Assembly: GCA_963696385.1 (NCBI GenBank)
Contig: CAVOKF010000003.1
Span: 256,001 to 320,000, forward strand
Origin: an uncultured delta proteobacterium
Lineage (GTDB): Bacteria > Myxococcota_A > Polyangia > Polyangiales > Polyangiaceae
Reading direction: 5' to 3'
Length of the DNA stretch: 64,000 bases
The translations under genes and the position numbers were made by a program. Positions 1 to 10,569 of this stretch are shown here, piece after piece. Within the stretch, counting starts at the first letter, position 1. Each line of letters opens with the position of its first letter. The notes under the pieces were generated by a model. That model was not told the origin of the DNA and ran no database searches. It worked only from the letters and a program-made list of their open reading frames with translations.

Positions 1-319
<319 letters not shown>

Positions 320-2335
320 TCAACCAACCGAAGGGCCCGGCACCCCGCCGACAGGCCTCCCGCTGCCCGTGGACTCGGCGAGAGCGGCCCACGCCGTGCC
401 CAACTCCTGTAGGGTCCGGACCCGACTCGCCGGCGGCAGACTCGCAAGCAAGGCCCGACCGTAGCCTCTTCGGATGATTCGCCTGTCGAGGATGGCGACG
501 GCACCGGTGTCGGTCTGCGTTCGAATCAAGCGACCGAACCCCTGCTTGAGCGTCATTGCAGCGGACGGGACCGAATACTGCGCGAAGCCGCTGCCGCCAT
601 CGCGGTCAAGGCGAGCGCAGCGAGCTGCCACGACCGGGTCGCTCGGCGGCGCAAACGGGATCTTGTCGATGACCACCAAGCGGAGCGCCCGTCCTGGCAC
701 GTCGACGCCTTCCCAAAAGCTCATCGTGGCTACAAGCACGGCCCGCCCGCTCGAACGGAAGCGGGAGAGGATGGTGTGCTTCGGGCCTTCTCCCTGAACG
801 AGAACCGGTCGATCGGGTGCGCCACGGATGCGCTCGTAGAGCGCCTTCATGGAGCGAGTCGACGTGCACAAAACGAACGCCCCCCCGTCCGTGATCGCCA
901 CGAGTTCGGCAATCCGCGCGGCAGCGGCGTCCTCGAATCCCGGATGGGCTGGCTCCGGCAGGTCGTCCGGCAGGTAAAGAAGCGCGCGGGAAGCGAAGTC
1001 GAACGGTGACGGAACGATCAACTCGAGGCTCTCGGGAGGAGCCCCGAGACGCGCCTTCGCGAAATGAAAGCTGTGGCCCGTAGCCAGCGTGGCGCTCGTG
1101 CACACGACCGACGGAATGCGATCGAAAAGGCGGGTGCGCAGCGTCGGCCCGACGTCCACCGGGCTCGCGCCAATGGAGACGGTTCGCGCACGTACGTCGA
1201 CCCACCGCACCCGATCCGAGATCTCCCCGTCTTGCTGCGGCGTCGCACTGCTCAGGATGCCACGCAAGTCGTCGCGCAGTTCTCTCGCACGACGCCCGAT
1301 CAGTTGCAACGCTTCCTCCGGGCGGGCGCGCACGCCGAGCTCGAGTGCCTCGAGCCGCACGTCGAGAGCTTCGTACGACGCGCGGACGGCCGGGGTCAGA
1401 TCCCGGTCGGCCAGAATGCGACGCGCGTCGAGCCCCGGTCCCCGGATTCCGAGATGACCGAAGAGCGCGCGACACGCTTCGCGCGCGGCTTCGAGTGTTG
1501 AACTCAACGGGGCCATCTCGGCGGTGTGGCTGCCGTTCGCCGCGGCCAGCGTGCGCTCCGCATCGCGCGCGAGCGATTCGACCCGCGCACTCGACACGCG
1601 CATCCCGAAAAACTCGGACGCGACATCTTCCATTTGGTGAGCCTCGTCGAAGACGACGGCATCGTACGGTGGCAACACGCTCGCGTGCAGCCCGCGGGGC
1701 CCGCTGCGCAGCGCGAGATCCGCCAGAAACAGGTGATGATTGACGACGACCACCTGGGCGTGCTCGGCCTGCCGCCGCATTCGCGTGACGAAGCACGCTT
1801 CGTAATGTTCGCACTGTGCGCCAATGCGCGTCTCACTCGACGAGGCAACGTCTCGCCACACCTCCGACTCCTCGGGCAATTCGCCGAGCTCGGCGCGATC
1901 GCCGCTCGCGGAGATCGCCGCCCATTCGACGACGCGCAGAAGAGCGCGGTCCTTGCTGCGTACGGCGGCCGCCCGTGCCTCGGCCAAGCGGCGAAGGCAT
2001 ACGTAATTCGTCAGCCCTTTCATCATCGTCGCTTCGAAGCGGATCCCGTGAGCCTTCAACGCCCCAGCCACGAGCGGCAGGTCCTTGAAGAAAATCTGTT
2101 CTTGAAGGGCGCGCGTCGCCGTCGACACGATCACCTTGCGCCCGCTGAGAACCGCCGGGACGAGGTAGGCGAGCGTCTTGCCCGTCCCCGTCCCCGCCTC
2201 GACGAACAAGTGGCGCTCGTGTTCGAGGGCGTCCTCGACCGCTCCGGCCATCGCGATCTGTCCTTCCCGGTGTTCCCATCCAGGCAGACGCGACAACGGA
2301 GAGTCCGGACCCAAGACGTCCCGCGCGCAGATCAC
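320..2335 (-). CDS. ATP-dependent DNA helicase, DinG/YoaA family
   Basis: Q-motif REGQ, Walker A EAGTGTGKT, DEAH, SAT, FWEGVDVPG, KQGFGRLIR; GTG start at 2335 with GAGGAG upstream. Confidence 0.93.
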   Translation of the reverse strand: MICARDVLGPDSPLSRLPGWEHREGQIAMAGAVEDALEHERHLFVEAGTGTGKTLAYLVPAVLSGRKVIVSTATRALQEQIFFKDLPLVAGALKAHGIRFEATMMKGLTNYVCLRRLAEARAAAVRSKDRALLRVVEWAAISASGDRAELGELPEESEVWRDVASSSETRIGAQCEHYEACFVTRMRRQAEHAQVVVVNHHLFLADLALRSGPRGLHASVLPPYDAVVFDEAHQMEDVASEFFGMRVSSARVESLARDAERTLAAANGSHTAEMAPLSSTLEAAREACRALFGHLGIRGPGLDARRILADRDLTPAVRASYEALDVRLEALELGVRARPEEALQLIGRRARELRDDLRGILSSATPQQDGEISDRVRWVDVRARTVSIGASPVDVGPTLRTRLFDRIPSVVCTSATLATGHSFHFAKARLGAPPESLELIVPSPFDFASRALLYLPDDLPEPAHPGFEDAAAARIAELVAITDGGAFVLCTSTRSMKALYERIRGAPDRPVLVQGEGPKHTILSRFRSSGRAVLVATMSFWEGVDVPGRALRLVVIDKIPFAPPSDPVVAARCARLDRDGGSGFAQYSVPSAAMTLKQGFGRLIRTQTDTGAVAILDRRIIRRGYGRALLASLPPASRVRTLQELGTAWAALAESTGSGRPVGGVPGPSVG

Positions 2336-2472
2336 CCGCTCCTCATAGCCTGAATGGCCATGCGGTGATGGCACCGGGGGGGCCTCTCGCGGGGCGCCCG
2401 GATGGCCGAGACGGCCCACGCCGTCGCCGACAGGCCCCCCCTATCGTTGAATCGCCGCCCGACGCGTGGTAG

Positions 2473-4041
<1,569 letters not shown>

Positions 4042-4064
4042 CGGCGCCGCGGGCGCAGAAAACG

Positions 4065-4646
4065 ATGGCGGACAAGATCCAGCTTGAAATCGTCACTCCG
4101 CGCGGCCGCGCATTGGTGGCTGCAGTCGACGAAGTCACCGCGCCTAGCGTCCATGGTGAATTCGGCGTATTGCCGGGCCACTTGCCCCTGCTCGCTGCGT
4201 TGCGCACGGGGATCGTGACGTACCGTCAAGGCAACGAGACGAAGCGCTGCGCCGTCGGCCCCGGATTCGCCGAGGCGGGTCCGGACAAGCTCGTCCTCTT
4301 GACCGAGGACTACACGGAGCGCGCACAAATCGATCCCGTGCTCGTTCGCCAGGAGCTGGCGGGGGTCGAGCTGCAGCTGGCCCGGATCGAGGCTGTTCCG
4401 ATGGCCGGAGCGCAAACGAAGGGCGCCGAAGCGCCGGCCCTCGACGCGCGCGTCGCGCGCGACGCGCTCATCGCGCGGGAGAACTGGCTGGCGGTGGAGC
4501 TCGAACTGTATGGCGATCCACCTCCTGCGACCCAGCGGCCGTACGAGGAGTTCGGACCGCCAGCGCCGCCCCCAGACGACGAACTGCCGCCCGAGGACGA
4601 CGACCGATCGGGCGACGCGCGCAGCGCGCTGCGCGCGTCGAAGTAG
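4065..4646 (+). CDS. atpC: F0F1 ATP synthase subunit epsilon, extended C-terminus
   Basis: LEIVTP, GEFGVLPGHLPLL; directly follows atpD. Confidence 0.95.
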   Translation: MADKIQLEIVTPRGRALVAAVDEVTAPSVHGEFGVLPGHLPLLAALRTGIVTYRQGNETKRCAVGPGFAEAGPDKLVLLTEDYTERAQIDPVLVRQELAGVELQLARIEAVPMAGAQTKGAEAPALDARVARDALIARENWLAVELELYGDPPPATQRPYEEFGPPAPPPDDELPPEDDDRSGDARSALRASK

Positions 4647-4656
4647 CGTCGCCGCT

Positions 4657-5262
4657 ATGCAGCGTTGGGTCACTCGGCTGGTCGGTGTTGCAGTCGTCGT
4701 GCTCGCTCTATGGATCGTTGCACGTGACTTTCACCGGCCGAAAACCATCGCGCAGGACGGTTCGCCGGACGGCGGGTCGGACGACAGAAGCACCCCCCGG
4801 TCGGCGCATCGCGACGCGGGCGGCACGGGCGGGGAGGCGAGCGGACCTATGCCGAGCGATTTCGCGAGGCTGGAGCCGCGAATCGATGGCGGATTCGAAC
4901 CGGCGCTGCCCGAAGGAACCTCCGTCCCACCGCTGCCGATGGATGCGCCGCGCCAGGTGCGATTCGGGGTCGTGCTCGTCTCGTACACGGGAGCGCAACC
5001 GAGCGCGAGCGGAGGACGGCCGGCAATCCGTTCGCGTGCCGAGGCCAAGGAGCTGGCGGCCAAACTCGTCGTTACGGCGCAACACGACTTCCATGCAGCC
5101 GTCCAGCAGGGCGACCCCGGATCGTCGGACGACGTCGGCACCGTGAGGACGGCCATTCTCGAGCCGGCACCGGAATACATACTGTTCACTCTGCCGGTCG
5201 ACAGCGTGGGTGGGCCCATCGATACACCGCGCGGATACTGGATCGTCAAAAGGCTCGAATAA
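4657..5262 (+). CDS. Membrane-anchored parvulin/PpiC-like protein (degenerate)
   Basis: N-terminal TM helix; VVLVSYTGA...RSRAEAKELA...F...VGGPIDTPRGYWIVKR resembles a rotamase domain. Confidence 0.75.
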   Translation: MQRWVTRLVGVAVVVLALWIVARDFHRPKTIAQDGSPDGGSDDRSTPRSAHRDAGGTGGEASGPMPSDFARLEPRIDGGFEPALPEGTSVPPLPMDAPRQVRFGVVLVSYTGAQPSASGGRPAIRSRAEAKELAAKLVVTAQHDFHAAVQQGDPGSSDDVGTVRTAILEPAPEYILFTLPVDSVGGPIDTPRGYWIVKRLE

Positions 5263-5274
5263 GAGGAAACGCCA

Positions 5275-5562
5275 ATGGCCACGATCGACGTTCGTCGAAC
5301 TCACACCCTTCCCAAGGACGAGGCGAGGAAGCGCGCCGAAGATCTCGCGGTCTCGATGAAGCAGAAGATGGACCTCGATTGGCACTGGGACGGGGATCGG
5401 ATCCTCTTCGAAGCCGCTCGAGGGACCGCCAAGGGAACGAGAGGCAGCGTCGAGGTGAGCGACACCGAGGTGCGCGTGCAGATCGATCTCCCTTTGCTGA
5501 TGCGCATGCTCAAGGGCACCGTCGAATCGAAAGTCCACGAAAAGCTCGCCCAGATCCTTTGA
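5275..5562 (+). CDS. Polyhydroxyalkanoic acid system family protein (PHA_gran_rgn-like)
   Basis: MATIDVRRTHTL...WDGDRILF...LPLLMRMLKGTVESKV pattern; GAGG RBS. Confidence 0.85.
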   Translation: MATIDVRRTHTLPKDEARKRAEDLAVSMKQKMDLDWHWDGDRILFEAARGTAKGTRGSVEVSDTEVRVQIDLPLLMRMLKGTVESKVHEKLAQIL

Positions 5563-5727
5563 CGAGCGGGCGCTTGCGCCGATGCCAAGCCGGCTGCGCG
5601 GCCTCTACGACATCGGGGGGCCCCCGCCTCGCTTCGCACGACCGAGGGCCGAACGCTGCATTTCGTCTGCGCCGTGAACGGGGAGTGAGATAAGCTGGGG
5701 CGACGATCGTTCGCGCCGGCCCCGCGC

Positions 5728-8700
5728 ATGTCCCACTCGCCCACGATCAGCCCACCCCCGGCGGCTTCGACGCCGACCCAGCCCAGCCAGCCGCTAAGCC
5801 CGTCTGACGAGACGCTTCGGCGCTTGCGCGCCGAGATCGACGCCACGGCGGATGCCGCCCGCCGTGCACGCTTGCTCTCAGAGATCGCCGAGCTCGAAGA
5901 AAGCGACGGCGACGACGCCGCGGCCGCCCGAGACTATCTGGCGGCTCACGAAGTGGATCCCAGCTTCCGCGAGTCGCTCGAAGGAATTGCACGACTGCTC
6001 GACAAGCGATCCGGACTGAAGGGGCTCGGGGTGCATTTTTTCGAGTCGCTGCTCGAAGCGGCCGCGACCCCGGAGGAACGGGTACGGGCACTCCTGATGC
6101 AGGCTGCGTACATGGCCGATGTCGCAGGCGACATCGCCGCGGCCACGAACAGCGCACGGCGGGCGGCGGCCATCCATGAGGCGCCAGCCGCAGAGCAAGC
6201 CCGGGCATGGCTGGAACTCGAGCTCCTCGCCGGACGCTCGGACGACTCGGCGACCCGCGAGCAGGCACTCGCTGAAAGGACTCGTTTCGCCGACGATCGG
6301 ACCTGGCGAGCCCTGTTGCTCATCGATCGAGCACGCATGGCGTCACAATCCGGGCAAACGCAAGCCGCTCTTCGGCTACTCGAAGAGGCACGGGGTCTCG
6401 AAGGTGGCGGGACGTGGGCGGCGACGATGGCTCTCGAGAGCGTGTCCCGGATCCGACCGGGCAGCGCAGACACGATGCAAGCGCCGGCACCCGCCGATCT
6501 CCAGGCGAGGAGCCTCGAAGCTCTCGCGGATCTGATCGACACCGCCATCCACGATGGCGACCGCGGCGACGCTTTGGGCGTCCCGCGATGGGCGCGGGAG
6601 GCGGGTCGCGCGGCCGATGCGTGGTTGCGGTCGGCCGAAATGCGCCGAACCGCCAGACAGCTCGACGCGGTCGCAGCCGCGCTCGATCGCGCCGTCCTCG
6701 CGGTCGGTCGGATGCAAGGCGACGACAAGCGCATGGCGCAGGTGGTCGTCGCGCAGGCAAGGATTCGGCTCGCCGAGCAGACCGGGAACACGGAGCTTGC
6801 GGCCGATCTCGCAGCGCGTCGCTTGGAGACCGAGACGGACGGACCCACTGCCGCCGCACTGGCGTTGCGCGTGGCCGAATGGGCGTCGACGAGAGGCCAT
6901 GCGGAGGACGCTATCGAGGCGCTGTCTCAAGCACTCGCGTCGGATCCGGGATGTCTGCCTGCACGCGCCCTGCAGCTCGACATGCTGGCGGACGGGAATC
7001 AGCCGTCTGCGTTCTCGTCACGGCTCGAAGAGTTCGCCGACCAATTGGCCACCGACAGCGCGCGCGTTCGCGCCTTCATCCTTGCGGCCTTCGTGTGGGC
7101 GGTTCGAGCAAGCGACGCCGGCGCCGCGAGAGCCGCCCTGACCCAAGCGGCGATGTTCGGCGCAAACGCCGCGGTGACCGCGCGCGTGGCCAGGGTACTC
7201 GCCAGCGTCGCCGGTGACACGGCATGGTACGAAGAGGCGACCAAGCGGCTGCTGACGTCGGAGCACCCGGACAAGGAGTCGATTTCGTTGTGCACGGAGC
7301 TCATCCGAATCCGTTCCGCACGCGGCGATGCAGCGGCCGTCGCCCGGGCGATGGGCGAGCTCGTCGAGATTCCGGGCGGTGCGTGGCTGGCGTGGATTCT
7401 CGAAGCCTTCCCTGCCCCGTCAAGTGCCGCTTCTCCGGGACGCGACGACCGCGACGCGCGCGCACGCTCGGCCATGGCATCGTTGGCGGCCATCGACGAA
7501 GTTGACTTCGACCGGTCGCGTACCCTGAGCGTCGTTGCCGCCATGCGGGCGCATGCGATCGGCGACCTCGCGGCCGCACGCGAAGCATTGCGCCGCCTGG
7601 TGGAGCGATATCCAGAGGACGCCATCCTCGCGACCTACCTCGGGGATCTCGACCGGTCCGCGGGAGACCCGAGCGCCGCGGCGAGCGTCGCCTCTACTGC
7701 GGCGGAAGCCGTCGCGGATCGCCAGCTCGGTGCGGCATTCCACATCGAAGCCGCGTTCGAGCACTGGCGCGCCGGCCAACGCAAGCGAGCCATCGACGAA
7801 CTTGAGGCGGCCATCGGCGATGCTCCCGAGGCCAGCAAGACCGCCATCGGTTGGGCGATCTGGGGTGTGGATCCGGAATCGCTCGACGCCCGCCGCTTGG
7901 CCATCCGCCGAGCGGAGGAGGTGGGCGGCGACCCGCGCGTTCTTGCACTCGAGCGCTTCGCAACGGCGGTAGCGTCCGGCGAGGCCGACGTGGCTTCCGC
8001 CGCTCTTTCATTTCTCGACGCGGCGCCGTCCCCGTTGAACCTTGCAGCCGCCATCGGGCGGATCACCGGGTCGAGCGTCGCCCTGCCGACCGACGAGGTC
8101 GACGCGCTCGCGCGGATTGCCTCGAGCGGCCCCGGAGGGCTTCAGCTCGCTGCGGCCGAGCGCACGGTCATCGCGCGACGAAGCGATGATCCCGAGGCCA
8201 TCGCGCAAGCCGCTCGCGGCTGGTTCGAGGCCGGGGGCGGCCTGCCTGCCGCGCTCGACTGGTTGGGCGCCGCCGTTAGGTCCGGCGACTCTCGAGAAGA
8301 GGTCCAAGCTCGGATTGCCGTCGCAGAGTCCATGTCCGGCGATGCACGCGAATCGATGCTCGCAGGCGCGGCGCTCCTGCAAACTCATGTCGATCTGAGT
8401 ACGCCTGCCGCGCTCGTCGCGGGGGGATCCGCATCCGTGCGTCTCGCGAATCTCGAGCTCGCTCCTCCGGGCTGCGATCCGCGCCGGCGGGCGGCAGCCC
8501 TCGAGGATCTCGACGGGGTGCTGGGCGATGAAGCCGAGCTCGATGCCATCGCACTTGCCGCATGGTCGAGGCTGGCGTCCTCGGACCCCGTCGGCGCCCG
8601 TGGGGCTTTCGAACGGGTCTTGGCCAAGAGGCCGCACGATCTTGCTGCCTGGGACGGGCTTCGGGCGTGCGCTGAAACCTCGGGCGACCTCGCGTTGCGC

Positions 8701-10569
8701 GCGCGCGCCTCGGCAGAACTCGGGGCTCTTTGCCATGAGGCGCGTCGAGGGGCCGCGTTCTGGGAGGCGGCGGCGCTCACCTTCATCGACCTCGGCGACG
8801 ACGCAAACGCCGACCGGGCGCTGGCCGCGAGCTTTGAACGCGACCCCACACGACCGGTTGCGTTCGACAAGCTCTTTAGGCGGGCACGTGCCCGCAAGGA
8901 CAACGCGACGCTGCTCACCATTATCTCGCGGCGAATGGACGTCACCGACGATGCCGACGAGCTTCAAAAGCTCTCCTGGGAGCAGGCCCGCGTCTTGCGC
9001 GAAAATGGCGACTTCGACGGTGCGCTCAAGGCGCTCGAACAGGTGACGATTCTCGAACCGGATCATGTTGGTGCACTCGCGCTCCTCGGAGAGATCAATA
9101 TTCGGAGAGGACGGTTCGAAGACGCCGCATCCGCCTTGGCGCGACTCGCCGCCCTCGACGGCGCGCCCCCGAAGAATCGCGTAACCGCCGCGGTCGCCGC
9201 TGCGGACCTTTATGAAAACAAGCTGGACCGTGCGGACGCAGCGCTCGATGTGCTGCTCACGGTCCGCCGGGCCAAACTGTCGACTGCCCCCGTTCGCGAG
9301 CGACTTGCGCGCGTCGCAGCCCGCACCGGAGCATGGCAAGTCGCGACGGCGACGCTCGAAGAGTTAATGAAGGAACGTTCGGATCGTGCAGGACGCATCG
9401 AGGCCGCTCGTCTTTCGATTGCGATATACCGCGACCGCCTCGGCGACATCCAGGGCGCCGCTGGTGCGGTCGCGACACTTCTCGCCGAGGCGCCGGATGA
9501 CGGCGAGGCGATCGATCTGCTCCTGCGGCTGGACCCTCCGCCCGACGGGAAGCGCCCACTTTTGGATGCGGCCCGCGTCGCACTGGTCACGAACCTTCAA
9601 TCGCACGCGATCGACACCGCGGTCGTGCGCCGTTTGGCCGACGTGGCACGCGCCCTCGACGACCGCGCTCTCCGCCAGGCCGCCTTCGGAGCGCTGTCGG
9701 CGCTCGGCGAGAGCCGTGCCGACGCAGACCCGATCTTCGCCCACGATGCTCGGAGCAGGGCACGCGTTCCGCAAGTCACGATCCCGGATGCGATGATGCG
9801 AGCCCTTCTCGCGCCCGGAGACGAGGGTCCCGTCGCGGAGCTCTTCGTCGTCTTGGGTCCGACGATCGCCGAGGCGCTCGGACCGAACGGACACGTGTGC
9901 GGCGTGGGCCGGCGGGATAAGGTCGATGCGCGCAGCGGCCTATCCTTGCGAAACGAGATCGCGGCGTGGGCCGGCGCGTTCGGGATCGAACAATTCGATC
10001 TTTACGTCGGCGGAAAGGACCCCCTAGGCATCCAGGGCATTCCCGGTGTGCCCCCGGCCATGGTCGTCGGCCCCGACGTGAACTCGCCGCTTTCGCCTCT
10101 AGCCCGGGCTCGGGTGGCCCGCGAGCTCTTCGCCATCGTGCGTGGCACCACGATCGTGCGCTGTCGCGATGACGTGGCGATCGCCGCCATCGTCGTGGCG
10201 GCGTGCACGATCGCGAACCTCCACGTCGACCACCCGCCGTACGCCGTCCTCGCTGAGTTCGAGAAGCTGCTCGGGAAGGCGATCTCTCGGAGGACGCGCA
10301 AACTCTTGCCCAACCTATGCGCTGCCCTCGTCGCCACCCACGCGGACGCGCGCGCGTGGAGCCATCGTGCTCTCGCGTCGCAAGACCGCATCGCAGCCGT
10401 CGCGAGCGGCGACCCCGTCGTGACTCTCATGGACGTCCTCGGAGTCCCGATGGATCGGCTTGGACGAACCGTACAGGGCAACGCACGGGCGGAAGAGCTC
10501 CTGCGGTTCGTACTTTCGCCGACTTACGTGGACGTGCGGCGCTCGCTCGGACTCGAGGAAACCGCATGA
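5728..10569 (+). CDS. Giant TPR-repeat protein (1613 aa) with C-terminal degenerate M48-like domain
   Basis: Long ORF of Ala/Leu-rich TPR-like helices (e.g. ALKALEQVTILEPDHVGALALLGEINIRRG). Confidence 0.85.
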   Translation: MSHSPTISPPPAASTPTQPSQPLSPSDETLRRLRAEIDATADAARRARLLSEIAELEESDGDDAAAARDYLAAHEVDPSFRESLEGIARLLDKRSGLKGLGVHFFESLLEAAATPEERVRALLMQAAYMADVAGDIAAATNSARRAAAIHEAPAAEQARAWLELELLAGRSDDSATREQALAERTRFADDRTWRALLLIDRARMASQSGQTQAALRLLEEARGLEGGGTWAATMALESVSRIRPGSADTMQAPAPADLQARSLEALADLIDTAIHDGDRGDALGVPRWAREAGRAADAWLRSAEMRRTARQLDAVAAALDRAVLAVGRMQGDDKRMAQVVVAQARIRLAEQTGNTELAADLAARRLETETDGPTAAALALRVAEWASTRGHAEDAIEALSQALASDPGCLPARALQLDMLADGNQPSAFSSRLEEFADQLATDSARVRAFILAAFVWAVRASDAGAARAALTQAAMFGANAAVTARVARVLASVAGDTAWYEEATKRLLTSEHPDKESISLCTELIRIRSARGDAAAVARAMGELVEIPGGAWLAWILEAFPAPSSAASPGRDDRDARARSAMASLAAIDEVDFDRSRTLSVVAAMRAHAIGDLAAAREALRRLVERYPEDAILATYLGDLDRSAGDPSAAASVASTAAEAVADRQLGAAFHIEAAFEHWRAGQRKRAIDELEAAIGDAPEASKTAIGWAIWGVDPESLDARRLAIRRAEEVGGDPRVLALERFATAVASGEADVASAALSFLDAAPSPLNLAAAIGRITGSSVALPTDEVDALARIASSGPGGLQLAAAERTVIARRSDDPEAIAQAARGWFEAGGGLPAALDWLGAAVRSGDSREEVQARIAVAESMSGDARESMLAGAALLQTHVDLSTPAALVAGGSASVRLANLELAPPGCDPRRRAAALEDLDGVLGDEAELDAIALAAWSRLASSDPVGARGAFERVLAKRPHDLAAWDGLRACAETSGDLALRARASAELGALCHEARRGAAFWEAAALTFIDLGDDANADRALAASFERDPTRPVAFDKLFRRARARKDNATLLTIISRRMDVTDDADELQKLSWEQARVLRENGDFDGALKALEQVTILEPDHVGALALLGEINIRRGRFEDAASALARLAALDGAPPKNRVTAAVAAADLYENKLDRADAALDVLLTVRRAKLSTAPVRERLARVAARTGAWQVATATLEELMKERSDRAGRIEAARLSIAIYRDRLGDIQGAAGAVATLLAEAPDDGEAIDLLLRLDPPPDGKRPLLDAARVALVTNLQSHAIDTAVVRRLADVARALDDRALRQAAFGALSALGESRADADPIFAHDARSRARVPQVTIPDAMMRALLAPGDEGPVAELFVVLGPTIAEALGPNGHVCGVGRRDKVDARSGLSLRNEIAAWAGAFGIEQFDLYVGGKDPLGIQGIPGVPPAMVVGPDVNSPLSPLARARVARELFAIVRGTTIVRCRDDVAIAAIVVAACTIANLHVDHPPYAVLAEFEKLLGKAISRRTRKLLPNLCAALVATHADARAWSHRALASQDRIAAVASGDPVVTLMDVLGVPMDRLGRTVQGNARAEELLRFVLSPTYVDVRRSLGLEETA

